NCBI GenBank assembly: GCA_037379345.1
Contig: CM074514.1
Location: forward strand, 29,698,001-29,762,000
Length of the DNA stretch: 64,000 bases
Direction of reading: 5' to 3'
Origin: Perna viridis
Lineage: Eukaryota
The notes beneath the pieces are model-generated. The model was not told the DNA's origin. It was given only the letters and a program-made list of their open reading frames with translations, and searched no databases. The position numbers were made by a program, and so were the translations under genes. How positions within the stretch are numbered: the stretch's first letter is position 1; each line of letters opens with the position of its first letter. Positions 36,001 through 48,680 of the stretch are shown piece after piece.

Positions 36001-38181
36001 TAAATATTTTGATCAAATTTCTATTCTTCATATCATTCTGCAAAATAAAATACACAAGGAAGTTTAATATAAGCTGTTTTTTCTCCTCCATCTCTGCAGG
36101 AAGAATTACCAATGCTGAAAAGTCAATAAAAGATTGAGTCATGAGGTTCAAGAGGCAATGCAATACAAAGTAAGCAGTCAAAATATCACTTCATATTGAA
36201 AAGAACTGTGAATAAAATAATTCAATTGATTAAGAAAGAAGATTCTGACAATCTTTTGTGATTGTTGTTTTATAGTAGAATACACTCAGTAATAATTCTC
36301 CACTAAGGAATAAGCTACATGTTTCATATATCATTTCATCACCTCCATACTTAACTTTTGCATAACATATACCTATATTGTATTGAATTTCTATTCAATA
36401 GCAACAACTTTATAATAGAGTAAAGTGCATGTACACTCATCACACTAATGTTACAATAACTGTGAAAGTACTATTATTCATTGGGGTACCAATTTTCATG
36501 GTTTTCATGGGTAGGTTAAACCAGGAAATTTAGTTCCCAACGAAAAGGAAATTTCCACTGATGTGTGTACTGGAAACCTCAAAACCATGAATTCATGAAT
36601 CCATAAATTTGTGTTTCTTTCCTTATTCTCGAAAACTGGGTTTCCACTAATTAATGGCACTCCTAGATGTTTCACCAAGTAGACTTTAAAAATAAGGAAC
36701 CCTAGAAGTTTAGAATTTTCTCCAATCCAAGAGAGATTACTGTAAACCTACTAATTTTTGCTATTTTCACTGTGGAAAGAAAATTGTGAAATTAATCTTT
36801 AACACTATATAATGCTAAACATTTTTTTTGAAACTGCAAAAATTGATACCCACCAATATGTCCACTTGAGAAAATCCATGAAAATTATCAACTGCTAACA
36901 TATAATTCATTTACAGTATGTTATGAAAGTAACATTCCCGCAAGACAACTTAATATGCCGACTTCCAATTTGATAAATTTTAGGTCTAGAGTAACAGTAA
37001 ATGAGATTGCGAGAATACATGAAAAGTTTGGAATCATATATGTTTCAGTCGATGGTCTAGCAAGCATCTTTAAATCTATGGTACATTTTACCATAGAGAG
37101 TGGAGAAATAGTGTAAATTAAAAATAGGCTAAAAAAGAATTAAATTCATGCAGGAGGTGATATCATATCCAACTGTTTTACATTTCTGAAGTTTTTTACA
37201 GACTTTATGGGAGAAATCAATCATGATCAAAAGGTTAAAAGGTCATATGAAGTTTTAATCACATGCTTAGAATGGGAGAAAAATGGTTTAAATTACAAAC
37301 TACAATGGCCTAAAGCCTTCAATAAGTGGCTATCTGTATATACAATACCAGTAATTCTGTTCAGATTTTGACAATTTTAACTTAGCTATTCCCTCAACCA
37401 ATTTAGCATGGCACTGCACCATGCTGCCATCATCATGTGCCCAAAGAGGCCAAAAGTCACTTAAATCTTGGGATTAATCATAACCTTTTGAATTGTATTT
37501 GTATTTAATCATCCTTCCCAAATGTGTTGGCACACATTCATGAATCATGAAAATTTTATACCATAACATTTTGACGAATGTTTAATGCTGGTTTTGTAAT
37601 ATATAGCCCTAGTGTCAAGGTGAAGTGCTCTCAAATTTATTACTTAACGATAAAGTTTCCCTCAATATTCAACCATATATAGCATGACTGATGACTGATT
37701 TCTAAGGAAAACACTAATATTACGTACCAATTCTTTATCTACTACAGTTTTACTTGGATTAAGACTATAGAGTTGGTGTTTCAGGACCATTGGAGGTAAG
37801 CGTTGTTCAAACTTGTCAGATGGAAACAAGTTTTTAAAATACAATAAAGATAATTCTGTGCCTGTGGGGACTCTGGTTTCTGAAAATTAAAGTAATCACT
37901 GACAAATATTTTTGTATTTCAAAATGCAGTACCAACAAATATAATCCCCCTAAAAACCAAAAACAATACAACATAAACAAAACTGAAGTAATAAAAAAGC
38001 TTAAGCCATATATTAACAATGCACAGATGTTAAACTTGAAATTCAAACATTCAAATTCCATAAATGAGGATAATAAAGTACCTTCATCATTGGTAGTTTC
38101 TGTTCGAGATAATTTTTGAGATTCTGTACACAACTTCTTCTTCCTATAGAACTCAGGCATTAGAGTCCTTTTTCTACTCAT
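33047..38181 (-). CDS. STK19: STK19 / WHR1 (winged-helix repair factor, 'serine/threonine kinase 19'), 7 coding exons, 259 aa
   Basis: Exons (minus) 38082-38181, 37728-37879, 35896-36037, 35255-35351, 34621-34777, 33650-33738, 33047-33089; all GT-AG, phases consistent (780 nt). Motifs LPPMVLKHQLYSL..VDKEL, LGSDLDE..YTEDYR, LVKACVLTVR..GSFWLAVP..GRKAIL.MIKKSKYKEIL, RLGLTYHIQDIIGA, TTSGQLLRL match human STK19 as recalled. Confidence 0.95.
36738..36918. mobile_element. Short MITE (tactgtaaa...tttacagta); second copy at ~55384-55579
   Basis: Matching TIRs with TA flanks and alignable interiors at both loci. Confidence 0.65.
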
Positions 38182-38185
38182 ACCT

Positions 38186-38976
38186 GCAAAAAATTGTAAA
38201 ATGACAATTTTAACAAAAGTAATACAGGATATTTATGGTATTTTAAAAAGGATTTTTTCAATGATCTTTCATGATCAACTAGATTAACTAGATTAAAATC
38301 TGGAGAACAAAGCATCCCTACATGTCTGAAGTAATAAGATGATAAAATAGCCATCTAATGGCATTTCAGAATCCTTAAATTCTACCAGGGCCTTACTCTG
38401 GACATGCTGGGGACCATTCTCTTTTCCGAACATTCTGGCAATTCCAGATCTAAGAGATGTAGATGTAGCAAGGTGACACTTCAAAGGCAACTTTGGTTAA
38501 AGTATGTAAAACTCTGAAAGCTTATTTAAAATCTATTGCAGCTTTGGTAATGCACCTCAGTGTTTACAGATTATATGACTCATCCACAGACTAGTGTTAA
38601 AGAGCTACTTAAAAGAACAAGAAAAAGAGTAGCAGAAAGGCAACTGAAACAGGAAATCTTGGTAAGATGGCAAATACATCACAGGAAGTTTAAACAAAAT
38701 ACTAAAATACGTAATGACCTTAGGATTTATATTTATCGTACAGTTACATACTTAAAACACTTAATTATGTTAAGCCAGGAAAAAGTACTTTTTACACCAA
38801 GTTTTCAGTTAGTTGGAAATTACATGGGCGCTGACATGTTAGAACAAACAAATCTAAAGTAACGCTCCGTTTGATTGGTTCATTCGATTTCTGAGAATGA
38901 CCAGGATTGGATACTGTGGTCACTTCCTGTTCTATTCTTATACTTTCACTTTCGTTTTAACTTTTTCAACTTAAGA
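38186..38976. promoter_or_regulatory. Probable bidirectional promoter and 5' UTR region of STK19 and DXO
   Basis: 795 bp between divergent ATGs; reverse CCAAT boxes (gattgg ~38873, ~38905); ETS-like sites acaggaagtt (38681) and cacttcctgt (38921); the STK19 ATG lies 2 nt after a splice acceptor, so a non-coding first exon must lie upstream. Confidence 0.65.
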
Positions 38977-41900
38977 ATGAAAAGAACATATGCAGACGAA
39001 AACAGCGATGTTTCTAATATTAATAATGATGCACCGGTTTGTCATTCTTTCAAAACATGCCAGAGGCACAGATTTGACAGGAACCCACCTGCATTAAGGA
39101 AACCAAAAGAGATTGGATGTTATTCTGTAGACAAGAATAGATGCTTCAAACATGATAAATCTACCATGAAATACTTCATAAATCCAAAAAACCCAGAACA
39201 TGTCAAGTTTGACTTGACAGATGGATATAAGAAAATGATAAGAAAAGATGAAACTAAAAAAGAATTCATTGACAATATATTACACTGGATTGTGTTGAAT
39301 AAAGAGAAGTTTCAACTTCAAACTCCTGGAAAAAATCAACAAGATTCTGTTCATAGGCAAGCTTCAGCTATCTGTTAATAATCTACTAATATACATAGTA
39401 CAGAAGCCCAAATATAATATTATACTGGAGTCTGAATTTATAAGAGACATTTTTGAATTTAGTAAGAATTTACAATCATGACTTGTGTAGCTTCCAAAAA
39501 GAATAATATAATCTTAGAGCATAGGTGGATCCAAGGCCGCCCTTATCAATTTACAAAAATAAAAATACAGTATTTTTGTGTGTAAATGCATGCATTTAAA
39601 TATTTTATCAAGGATCTTTTTTTGGGGGGGAGATGATTCTATATGCTTTGCCAATGAAGGGCGAAGCTTAGTTTTTTGTACTCAAATTACATTTAACTTA
39701 TTGATAATGCACCGTTATGTTGTTAGATTGTTGATGTCTTTACCAACGAGAATATGAGAGATTTCCTAAAATGCATAGATGATATGCATCTGTTAAAAGT
39801 TCAATCACAGCCTTACTGCATACAAAACTTCTGAAAGAAAGGTTTAATTGAGCTATTCTTAATTTGATGGAGGACCTGTATATGTTTGTAGGATGTCGCT
39901 GATGCTTTGTCCTATAATCTTGATGGAAAGATTATTGTTCAAAATCAAATATCTCAGGACAGACTCAATTTAATCTTATTATGTTCTAAATTCACTTTGT
40001 TCAAACGAACATAAAGTATTTATGTACTCAACCAATGCCCTTTTTTGACCACTGTATGCATATTTGAGCACATTCAAATATCCATACCTGAAAACTTCTA
40101 TTGGCATAAATAAAAACAACTAAAGTTTGATACTGAGAGGCGCAATGACCACTTCTAAATGTAATTAACAATATTCTACATTTTTGTACATTGTATATAT
40201 ATATCAGATATCATGAGATATAATAATGTCCATTATGCACAAAAATAAACAAAACTGGCCCAACACTATCTACAAAATAAAGAAAAATATGTGTAAGACC
40301 CAAATATTCATGAACACAATATACATTCTTCATTATTGAAAATTAAACTTCAAATAAACACATCTCTAGTGGTTACTGCCCAATCCTCGATAATTAAATA
40401 TCTGCACAATTTCTTTTAAATACCCGGCACGAAAACCGATTTACTGTTCAAAAAATTCCTCTACATCCGCTCATAATTTTTTTTCTTTTCATTGGGTTTT
40501 GATGTAGATATTGTTCTAAAATTTTTAAAATATCTTGTCTTTTTTAACCATGTAGTACCTTTTTTGTTTTTATGTACTTCATAAGAGATAGTTATATTGC
40601 ATTTAGGATATTTTTTTGGAGGTTCTTCTGCTAAGGTTAGTTGAAAGTAACTTCATAGTAACTTATCTTCAGATATATTTATGCTTTAACAATATGTAAT
40701 TTAATTTCATTATAGAGACCTGTTCACTGATTTCATATGCTGGCGTGGTCTGTTAACAAAACTTTTATGCACACCATATGAAAATAGAGAAGACTGGTTA
40801 ATAGCAATAACAAAATTTAACAATACAATATATATGTGTGAATTTGAAACAGAACAGAGGAAAAAAAATAAAGCTGAGATGACAGAAAGACAGACTGAGA
40901 TGAGTTGTTGGGGATGGAAGTTTGAACAGTATTTAACAGCAGGTAAGATAGATCTTATCATTTTAAAAAATAAAAATAATATATGTTGTGAAGTGGCTTA
41001 AATTAAACGTAAATTAATGTTAAAATTAAAGTGAACAATAGCCATGTTTAAAAGGTAAAAGGAACAAAATACTAATAAAACATAAATAAAACATAAAACT
41101 TTGAAAGAAAATGTTAAAAGTTTAATATTTATTTATGTTTTATTTATATTTTATTTGTATTAAGCTCTCTCTTAAAAAAATAAACCTTTTTTCCTGGTTA
41201 CGTTACTTGTTGGAAATACTATTTTGCTATACGATACAAATGTCAGGAGATGTTGGTCATTAATGTATTACCATGCATTGTATTACTTTTTTGTTGGGCC
41301 TTTCTAGAAAAGCAGAGGATGCTTACCCTATCAGTGCACCATGCTCTCAGTTTAAAATGGAGTCCGAGTTGCTCATTTACTTTTGTTACTTTGTATGTAT
41401 TATTTTGTCTATTTATTTTCTTTGTTGTGTGTTTCTGTTTTCAATGTCTGGTCTTTGTCTCTGGATTACATTCTTTTGATTTCCGCTAGAATCTTGGTTA
41501 CCTTCATTACTCTTAGTTTGCCTTATTGGTAATACTGGTTACTTGAAAAGTAACTTTCTGAGTCCAACTCATGAGAGTGATTTCATATTTTACCTGGAGA
41601 ACAATGAATAACAACAATAATTTTGATTAGAGTGACTTTTCTTATTGTTACTTGAAGTAGAAAGTTTAGAATTGAATTTTTAATTCTTTCCTTTTCAATT
41701 TAAATGATTATTGCTGTTTTCATGGTTGAGGACACCTCCAAATTGTACATATTAGATATGTTGACAGCACCAAGGAGGAAAACAACTGAATTAAATTGCC
41801 TTCTTTTCAACTCATTTATTGTCTCAAGTTAGAAAAAAAAATGTTTTTCATTAATTCTTAGATTTATTTAACTAAACTAAAATTATGTTGAAAAATTGCT

Positions 41901-44900
41901 TTGAAATTCCACTATAACCATGACAATGAGTTCAAAATAGGAAAAAAATTAGTGTCTTAATTTTGTTTAGTTTTCAAATAAAAAAAGGCTTTTATGAAAT
42001 TTTTTTATCGAGTAACAGTGAGAAAAAATAACTTGTATTATAATGTTAATTTGTGCCTTTAGTTATTTTTTGTTATCTTCTGAGTAATTCTTAATTCCTA
42101 CTACATTTATAAATAATCATAGTCACTGCCTAATAACTCATTGAATAATAGTTATTTGTGTTGAATATGATGCTACTTGCTAATTTCTATTAACCCAGTG
42201 GTGCATTTGCAGATAAACCTGACAGAAAACCAGTCACTGAAGACCCAGTAAATAATAACGAGGAATATGCTACAGTTGTGAGGACCCGATTAGAATCTCA
42301 TTCATTAGGTAGCTATCATACTGAATGACTGTTTGTGTCTATCCACCTTGTGCTTTGTAAGCAAACCTTCAGCAAAATTGTTCAATAGTCGTTTTTCACA
42401 TTTACGGAATGCAAGCCATTTTAGAAAGTTTTTCAAAGGGATGTTACCTACCAGCACAAGACAACTTGGTTGGCAGTCTCATTGTGGAAAAGAAGAACAG
42501 TAAACATTTTCTTTGAAACTTAAACTGTTAACACTTCAGTAAGTAGTTTTAAAATTGGAGATTTGTTTATTCAGGTATGTTGCTGATCAGTTTGAATGAT
42601 AGATATGCACAGATTTTCCTTCATTAAGGAGTGGTTTAAATTATTTTCCGGTGGTTAAAAAGTCACATGTTTTTTTAATCACCAACTTAGAATGGAAGAA
42701 ATCCTTAATTTATGCTTACTCTCTTTTGTCATAATGCACATAAAAGATTTTAAACATTCCTACTTTTCAGTGTTCTCAGGAGAAGTTGATGCACTTGATT
42801 CTGGTAGGAACATGAATGAGTGTAGCTACATAGAATTTAAAACTAGCAGAGAGATTGACAACCAAAGACAACAGCAAAATTTTCAAAGGTATTCAAGACT
42901 CAGGTTTTTCTTTAAGTCAAAGATATGTAACTACCATTTGAAACATATTTTACCCTGCTGTATTTTTTAAAAGTTTTGGTTAAGCTTACTTATGTATTTT
43001 GTTGTGCTTAAACTTATTAAACAACCTTAACTTGTTTAAACAAAACCCCTTTAAAATCTGCTTGGTTTAGATAGGTGCTTGGTTTACCAAAGTTCAAAAC
43101 TCATTAGAATTGATGTTAAGGGACTTTGAAAAGTCTAGACAGGTTTTCAGATTAGTCAGGGTTCAGTATAGACAGGTTTTCAGATTAGTTAGGATTCAAT
43201 TTAAACAGATTTTCAGATTATTCAGGGTTCAGTTTAGACAGGTTTTACTGTCTAAATTTGCTCAATATACTCTACTAGATTTAAAAGGGAGAGGATTGTG
43301 ATCACACCTAAGTACTTTAACCCCACCACATTTTTTTGTGCCTGTCCCTAGTCAGAAATTTCTGGGCTTTATATGTCTTGTTTTGTTTTCACTTTCAGTG
43401 TACTTTTATGTTGTTTGAGTATAATGGGGAGCTATTTTGCTGTACCTGTGTACAATGTTTTTTTTTTGCGCGCCAGTTGCAGCCTGTCCTGTGGTGTGGG
43501 GGTTTCCTTGTCTTTCATTGAAGACTCATAGGTGGCCTTGACCTGACATTTTTCATGATGATGGGGTTGTTGTCTGTTTATTCACCATATCCATTCTGTG
43601 TAACCTCCTAAATGAAAATCGTCACTCTTTACCTCCAGCTGTGGAGTAGGAAGAAGTGTACATTGTTGTCGTACATTTTTTTTAAAGGTTTAAATTGATA
43701 AAATGGTGGGCACAAAGCTATTTAGTTGGTATTCCTAGAATAATTTGTGGCTATAGAGATGATGATGGTATAGTTCACAGATTAGAAACATTCAAAACAT
43801 TAAACATTCCAGGACAAGTACAGGTTGGTATTTTTCACTTAAAAGATTATGTAGGATTAAAAAGTGAGGGGCAGATCCAGGATTTCAAGTAAGGGGGAGT
43901 AAATGGAATTAAAGGTTGGAGGAAGTGAGGCCAAAAAATATGGGTAGAATTTTCAAAACATCAAGATTAACTGCAAAATTTTGTTTTCAAATAATTTGGG
44001 GGGTCTAGAACGGGTCTGCTCTACTAATAATTTATGAATCTGCACCTGGTTGAAAGTTTAGTTGGATCAATAAAACATTAAAGATTTCATTATGCATCTG
44101 AAACATTGTTAAGGTAAAATTGGCAAGGTCTATTAAAGTAAATATGTCTTCTCATTCATTTATTGACTATAGCTTATAATATTTGGACAATCTATTAAGC
44201 ATTTTGGCAAGAACCTACACCTTCCATGAATCAAGAAATACAATTGAACAAATAATTGAATTTGTTAGTTACAAAGTGTACAAATTAATTGCACCTATCA
44301 ACACTAAAATAACCTACCAGTTTCAATTGGCAGTGTGTGGCTACTACATTTAAAGTAACAAAAGTTATGCAATAAATTTGTTATTAATTTAGCTAAATAA
44401 TTTTTCTAAGACAAATAAGAGTATATTCTATTTTTTTGGGCCAGCTGCAGCCTGCCAAGTGGCTTGATGTTTTCTTCATGGTTCATTGAAGACCCATGGG
44501 TGGCCTTGAGCTGACATTTTTCATCCTGGTGGAATTATTGTCTCTATGACATATTCACAATATCCATTTTCCTTATATTAAAAGAACATTTAGATCAATT
44601 ATATACTTGATTTTTCCAATTGTCAACTAGAGTCATACAATGACTAGTTAGGTGCCTAGTATAATTGAGTTGTCTCCCCTATTATTTATAAGCACTTATA
44701 AAAAGTTTTTTTTTTCTATAATCATGAAAATTTTACTTTAAATCCATTTTAGATTAAACTTTTGGGTAATTTGTGATAACAGTTTGTATTTGTTGTAGGA
44801 GCTTCGCGATCCCTGGAAACCAAACGTAATGTTAAACTTTTTAGACCAGTTACTTACTTTTATCAAGTCACATGTCAAAGAGAATAACCCAAGGTAAGGT

Positions 44901-47607
44901 ATTTGTTTATATATTTATTGTACAGTCAATATATACAAATATATGACCAATTTTTCCTGAAAAGATACAACATTTAATTTTTAGGGAAGCCTATATTTAA
45001 TATTGTTTCAATTAGGCCATTCAGTAGTTATTTTTTGTTTCACAGGTCTTTCCATACCTCATAAATGTGAATCATTATTGTTACAAAGTTGCATTCAAAT
45101 GTCTTTCTTTTCTTATTTATGGTATTTAGATAGATTGTTTCTTTAAAACATTAATTTAAGTGTACATTAACATCAAGACTGTCTGTTTTCATCAGAACAT
45201 GTAAGGTAGTTTAATGAAATAGCTCTATGAAAAAGTATTTAACACTTGTGTATTCTCTGTTCAAGACTATTATCAAGATAAAGGGGAAAAAACAGGATAA
45301 AAATGGAAAATAGGATGTCCAAATATTAAAAATAAGCCAAATTTGGAAAAGCAAGTGAAAAAAAAAGAAAAAAAAAACATTTATTTAAAAAAAAAAATTT
45401 TGAACTTGCTCAATACCATATTTTTTTGTTCAGTTGGAGTGTGGGAATAAACATCTTGTCAACTATGAATTTTTTTTGTTTGTGTCTGTACCACAACAAA
45501 ATTCTTGAAAACAGTGTCATATATATTCTATACAATTATTGCAGAGCTGCCATAATTGTTCAAGTACATTCCACTGTAGATATTTTAAGAATTTCCCACT
45601 CAGCTTGTGAGCTACATGTACTCTTCATCTTGATTTTCTCCTCAGAATTTAATGAAAGTTGATATGACTGTTCCTTAGGCAAAAGCATTAGAAATTTTTA
45701 TCCAAAAAAACACATGGTTGCTTTACAAAAATAGAATGTTGCTAATCAAACCAGGTGAGCTGTTCAGGCTCTTTAGAGCCTATAGTTTACTAAGCTCTGA
45801 AGTTTATATGACAAGGGACGATACTTTATGATATAATGAAATTGTTTAACTATCTATGTTCCAAGAACCTTGAATTCTTGTTTTTTCCTACTAATAATTA
45901 ATGAAAAAATTTAATTTGGAAGGATAACTTTAAATCCCCTCTTTGCAAATCTGTTTCTGAATTACTTTTTTAACCTTTTTTTTTTTTTTGGTGTTATGAA
46001 AGAGATAACCCTTTGATGCCCTTTGTTCAAAGTGTTAATTGTCACACTGAAATGAATATGTTTACTTTACATTGTGTTGATAATTAAGAGTCGAAAACAT
46101 CATAACAAAGTATGAAAGATGCTTGACAAGGAATAAATGTTTGTAATGGGTTATTGATGTGAATTATATGATCAGATTTCCGTTAAAACCATCATCCATT
46201 GAAATAAGTAATGTTGAAATGACCTACTTTCATGAAACTTGGTATGGTGCATAGTTCTGATAACAAAACAAACAAGATCAGATTGATTACCAATGTTTTA
46301 TTGATGTTTCTAAGGTGGTATAATTTATTGAACAATCAGAAGTATCCTACACTTCCTAATGACAACAGACAGTCTTGATGGAGTCCTTTCCTGATATCAG
46401 TGCCTTAAAGCATGAATCTATCTAAATACCATGAATAGGAAAAGCAAGATAATGAAATGCATTGTGCATGAAATTGGTGCTAATGATTTTACTGTAACAG
46501 AAATCAAACCTATAGGATCAACAAGGAGATTTAATCTTGAAACATTGGCTTATGTAGATTATGTTTGGACAGTTTTTTTTTATACCAAGGCTAGTAATCT
46601 CTTAGTGATCCAATTATACACATCATTTAATATACATTGTCTCCTAACAGGGAAATGTAACCTCAGTTTGGTATACTTATTGCATTGATTTTATTATTCA
46701 GCTGACTGCATTACCTTGAATAGTGAAACCTATTAAACCAAACTTATTTTAAAAGTGTATTGTTAAGACAGGTGTGAGGTTTATCAATGTTAAAAATACA
46801 TTAAAATAGAAAAACCCACTCCTGAATACTTTGAAAAAACCTATCTGAACCCACCCTGATTACTCTGAAAACCTATCTGAATCTACCCTGAATAGTCTGA
46901 AAACCCATCTTAATTTACTTCTAAATGCTCTAAATGCCTGTCTTAACCCACTCCTGAATACTCTGAAAACCTATCTGAACCTACCCTGAATAGTCTGAAA
47001 ACTCATCTTAATCTACCCCCGGATGCTCTAAATGCCTGTCTTAACCCACTCCTGAATACTCTGAAAACCTGTCTGAACCCATCCTATTGCAGTTTGTTAC
47101 AATAGTACTTTGTGCTGAATTCGTTATAGGTGGGTTGAGACAGGTTTTCAGAGTATTCAGGGGTGTGTTTAGACAAGTTTTTAGGGTATCTAGGGTGGGT
47201 TTTGATAGGTTTTCAGAGTATTCAGGGCCGGTTTAGACAAGTTGTTAGGGTATCTAGGGTGGGTTTTGACAGGTTTTGAGAGTATTTAGGTGGGTTTAAA
47301 AGGTTTTCAGGATATTTAGTGTGGGTTTAGACAAGTTTGCAGAGTATTCAGGGATTGACATTGGTCATTGTCACAGCCTTTTCTTTAACTTAAAAGTTGT
47401 GCCATCTAAAGTGGTTAAATGTGTTTCAAAGTATGTTATATTTATAGAACAGTTTTCTTGATGGATTGGCGACCAGGAAATGATATACGGTTACAAAAAA
47501 TAGGTACCAGTTCTGAGCACCAGTTCCTGCCTGACTGGTACATTAACCCAAACACATCAGAGGTGGAAGGGAGCAGTGAGAAAAAACCAAAACTAGAAAC
47601 CAGATGA
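38977..47607 (+). CDS. DXO: DXO/Dom3Z/Rai1-family decapping and 5'-3' exoribonuclease, 7 exons, 403 aa
   Basis: Exons 38977-39356, 40716-40942, 42213-42308, 42771-42888, 43688-43823, 44799-44893, 47448-47607 (1212 nt, in frame). Motifs PKEIGCYS, DFICWRGLLTKLLCTPYE, WGWKFEQYLT, FSGEVDA, YIEFKTS, KLIKWWAQSYLVGIPRIICGYRDDDG, FLPDWY. Confidence 0.95.
41280..41515 (+). mobile_element. Penelope-like element 3' module in DXO intron 2
   Basis: tctagaaaagcagaggatgcttaccctatcagtgcacc...ggagtccgagttgctcattt...gatttccgctagaatcttggt matches the other copies. Confidence 0.75.
43040..43250. repeat. MITE-like element with internal 31-bp tandem repeats
   Basis: agacaggttttcagattagtcagggttcagt repeated ~3.5 times; related to 34420-34590, 46810-47352 and 61845-61990. 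Confidence 0.6.
46810..47352. repeat. Inverted pair of ~32-bp tandem arrays (fold-back) in DXO intron 6
   Basis: Left arm units aaaacctatctgaacc(c/t)accctgaatactctg (46810-47085); right arm is their reverse complement (47125-47352). Confidence 0.8.
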
Positions 47608-48299
47608 CAGCAACAGACCTTTTGTATTTGAGAAAGGATACTATAATACAAGAAAGATCTACTGATACATAATAATTATGAGATGTTAGATCTCCTCTGA
47701 CTTGAATAGACTGATAAAGTTCACTTTAGAAAGAAAGTGTGGGATCAGTTTTTTAAATCCAAATCTACAAAGCAATTTTATTGTAATTAAAAACTCATAC
47801 ATTTATTAGAAAAGATTTGTTAGTTATCTTTATAAGTTTGGATTCATACATTAAAAACAAAGTCTTTACCTTCTTCACTAATATCTCAACATTCTTTAGA
47901 ACATTGACTTCTAACAGTAGTTAAGATAGGCTACTTGTACAATAGCTGATAACTTCTCATTTGTTGAAGGAGTGCTTTACTCATGTTTTAAAATAAGGTT
48001 ACTGATTTTGTTGTACCAGTATGTTTCCTTAAAAATGAAATGCATTACCCTGTCTTACTTGTTTGAACAGTGTATGCTCCTGTTTTATAGTTGTACACTT
48101 GTCTCTCATTCAGATTGTTCATATCTTTGCAACACACTGTTTTCTATGCTTGTAGGTATTGAGCTGGTATTCTGTTTGTACTGTAATTGGTTACACACTA
48201 TGTACTCTATAACAATATTAACAATGTCAGAAACCAGTACTATGTCCAACTCTAAATCTTAGTCCAAATGTCAAGTACATTGTTGTCCCTCCTATTAAA

Positions 48300-48680
48300 G
48301 GTTTGACATTTGTGGTGGAGGGCATATGTGGCTACACATCTAGTTCTGTTTGACATTTGTGGCAGAGGGATTTGTGGCTACACGTCTAGTTCTGTTTGAC
48401 ATTTGTGGTGGAGGGCATCTGTGACTACACATTTAATTCTGTTTGACATTTGTGGTGGAAGGCATCTGTGGCTATACATTTAGTTCTGTTTGACATGATG
48501 TGTGGTGGAGGGCATTTGTGGATACACATCTAGTTCTGTTTGACATTTGTATCGGGGCATTTATGACTACACATCTAGTTCTGTTTGACATTTGTAGAGG
48601 GGCATTCATGACTACACATCAAGTTCTGTTTGACATTAATTGTGGTGGCATTCATGGCAACACATTCAGTATTGTTTGAC
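48300..48680. repeat. 47-bp minisatellite, ~8 units
   Basis: gtttgacatttgtggtggagggcatctgtggctacacatctagttct with period 47 (48301, 48348, 48395...). Confidence 0.9.

Noticed and set aside
38560-38976. ORF 38560-38862 and the N-terminal extension of ORF 38875
   Set aside because: Non-ATG starts in the promoter/UTR region; the first in-frame ATG of the DXO frame is at 38977.
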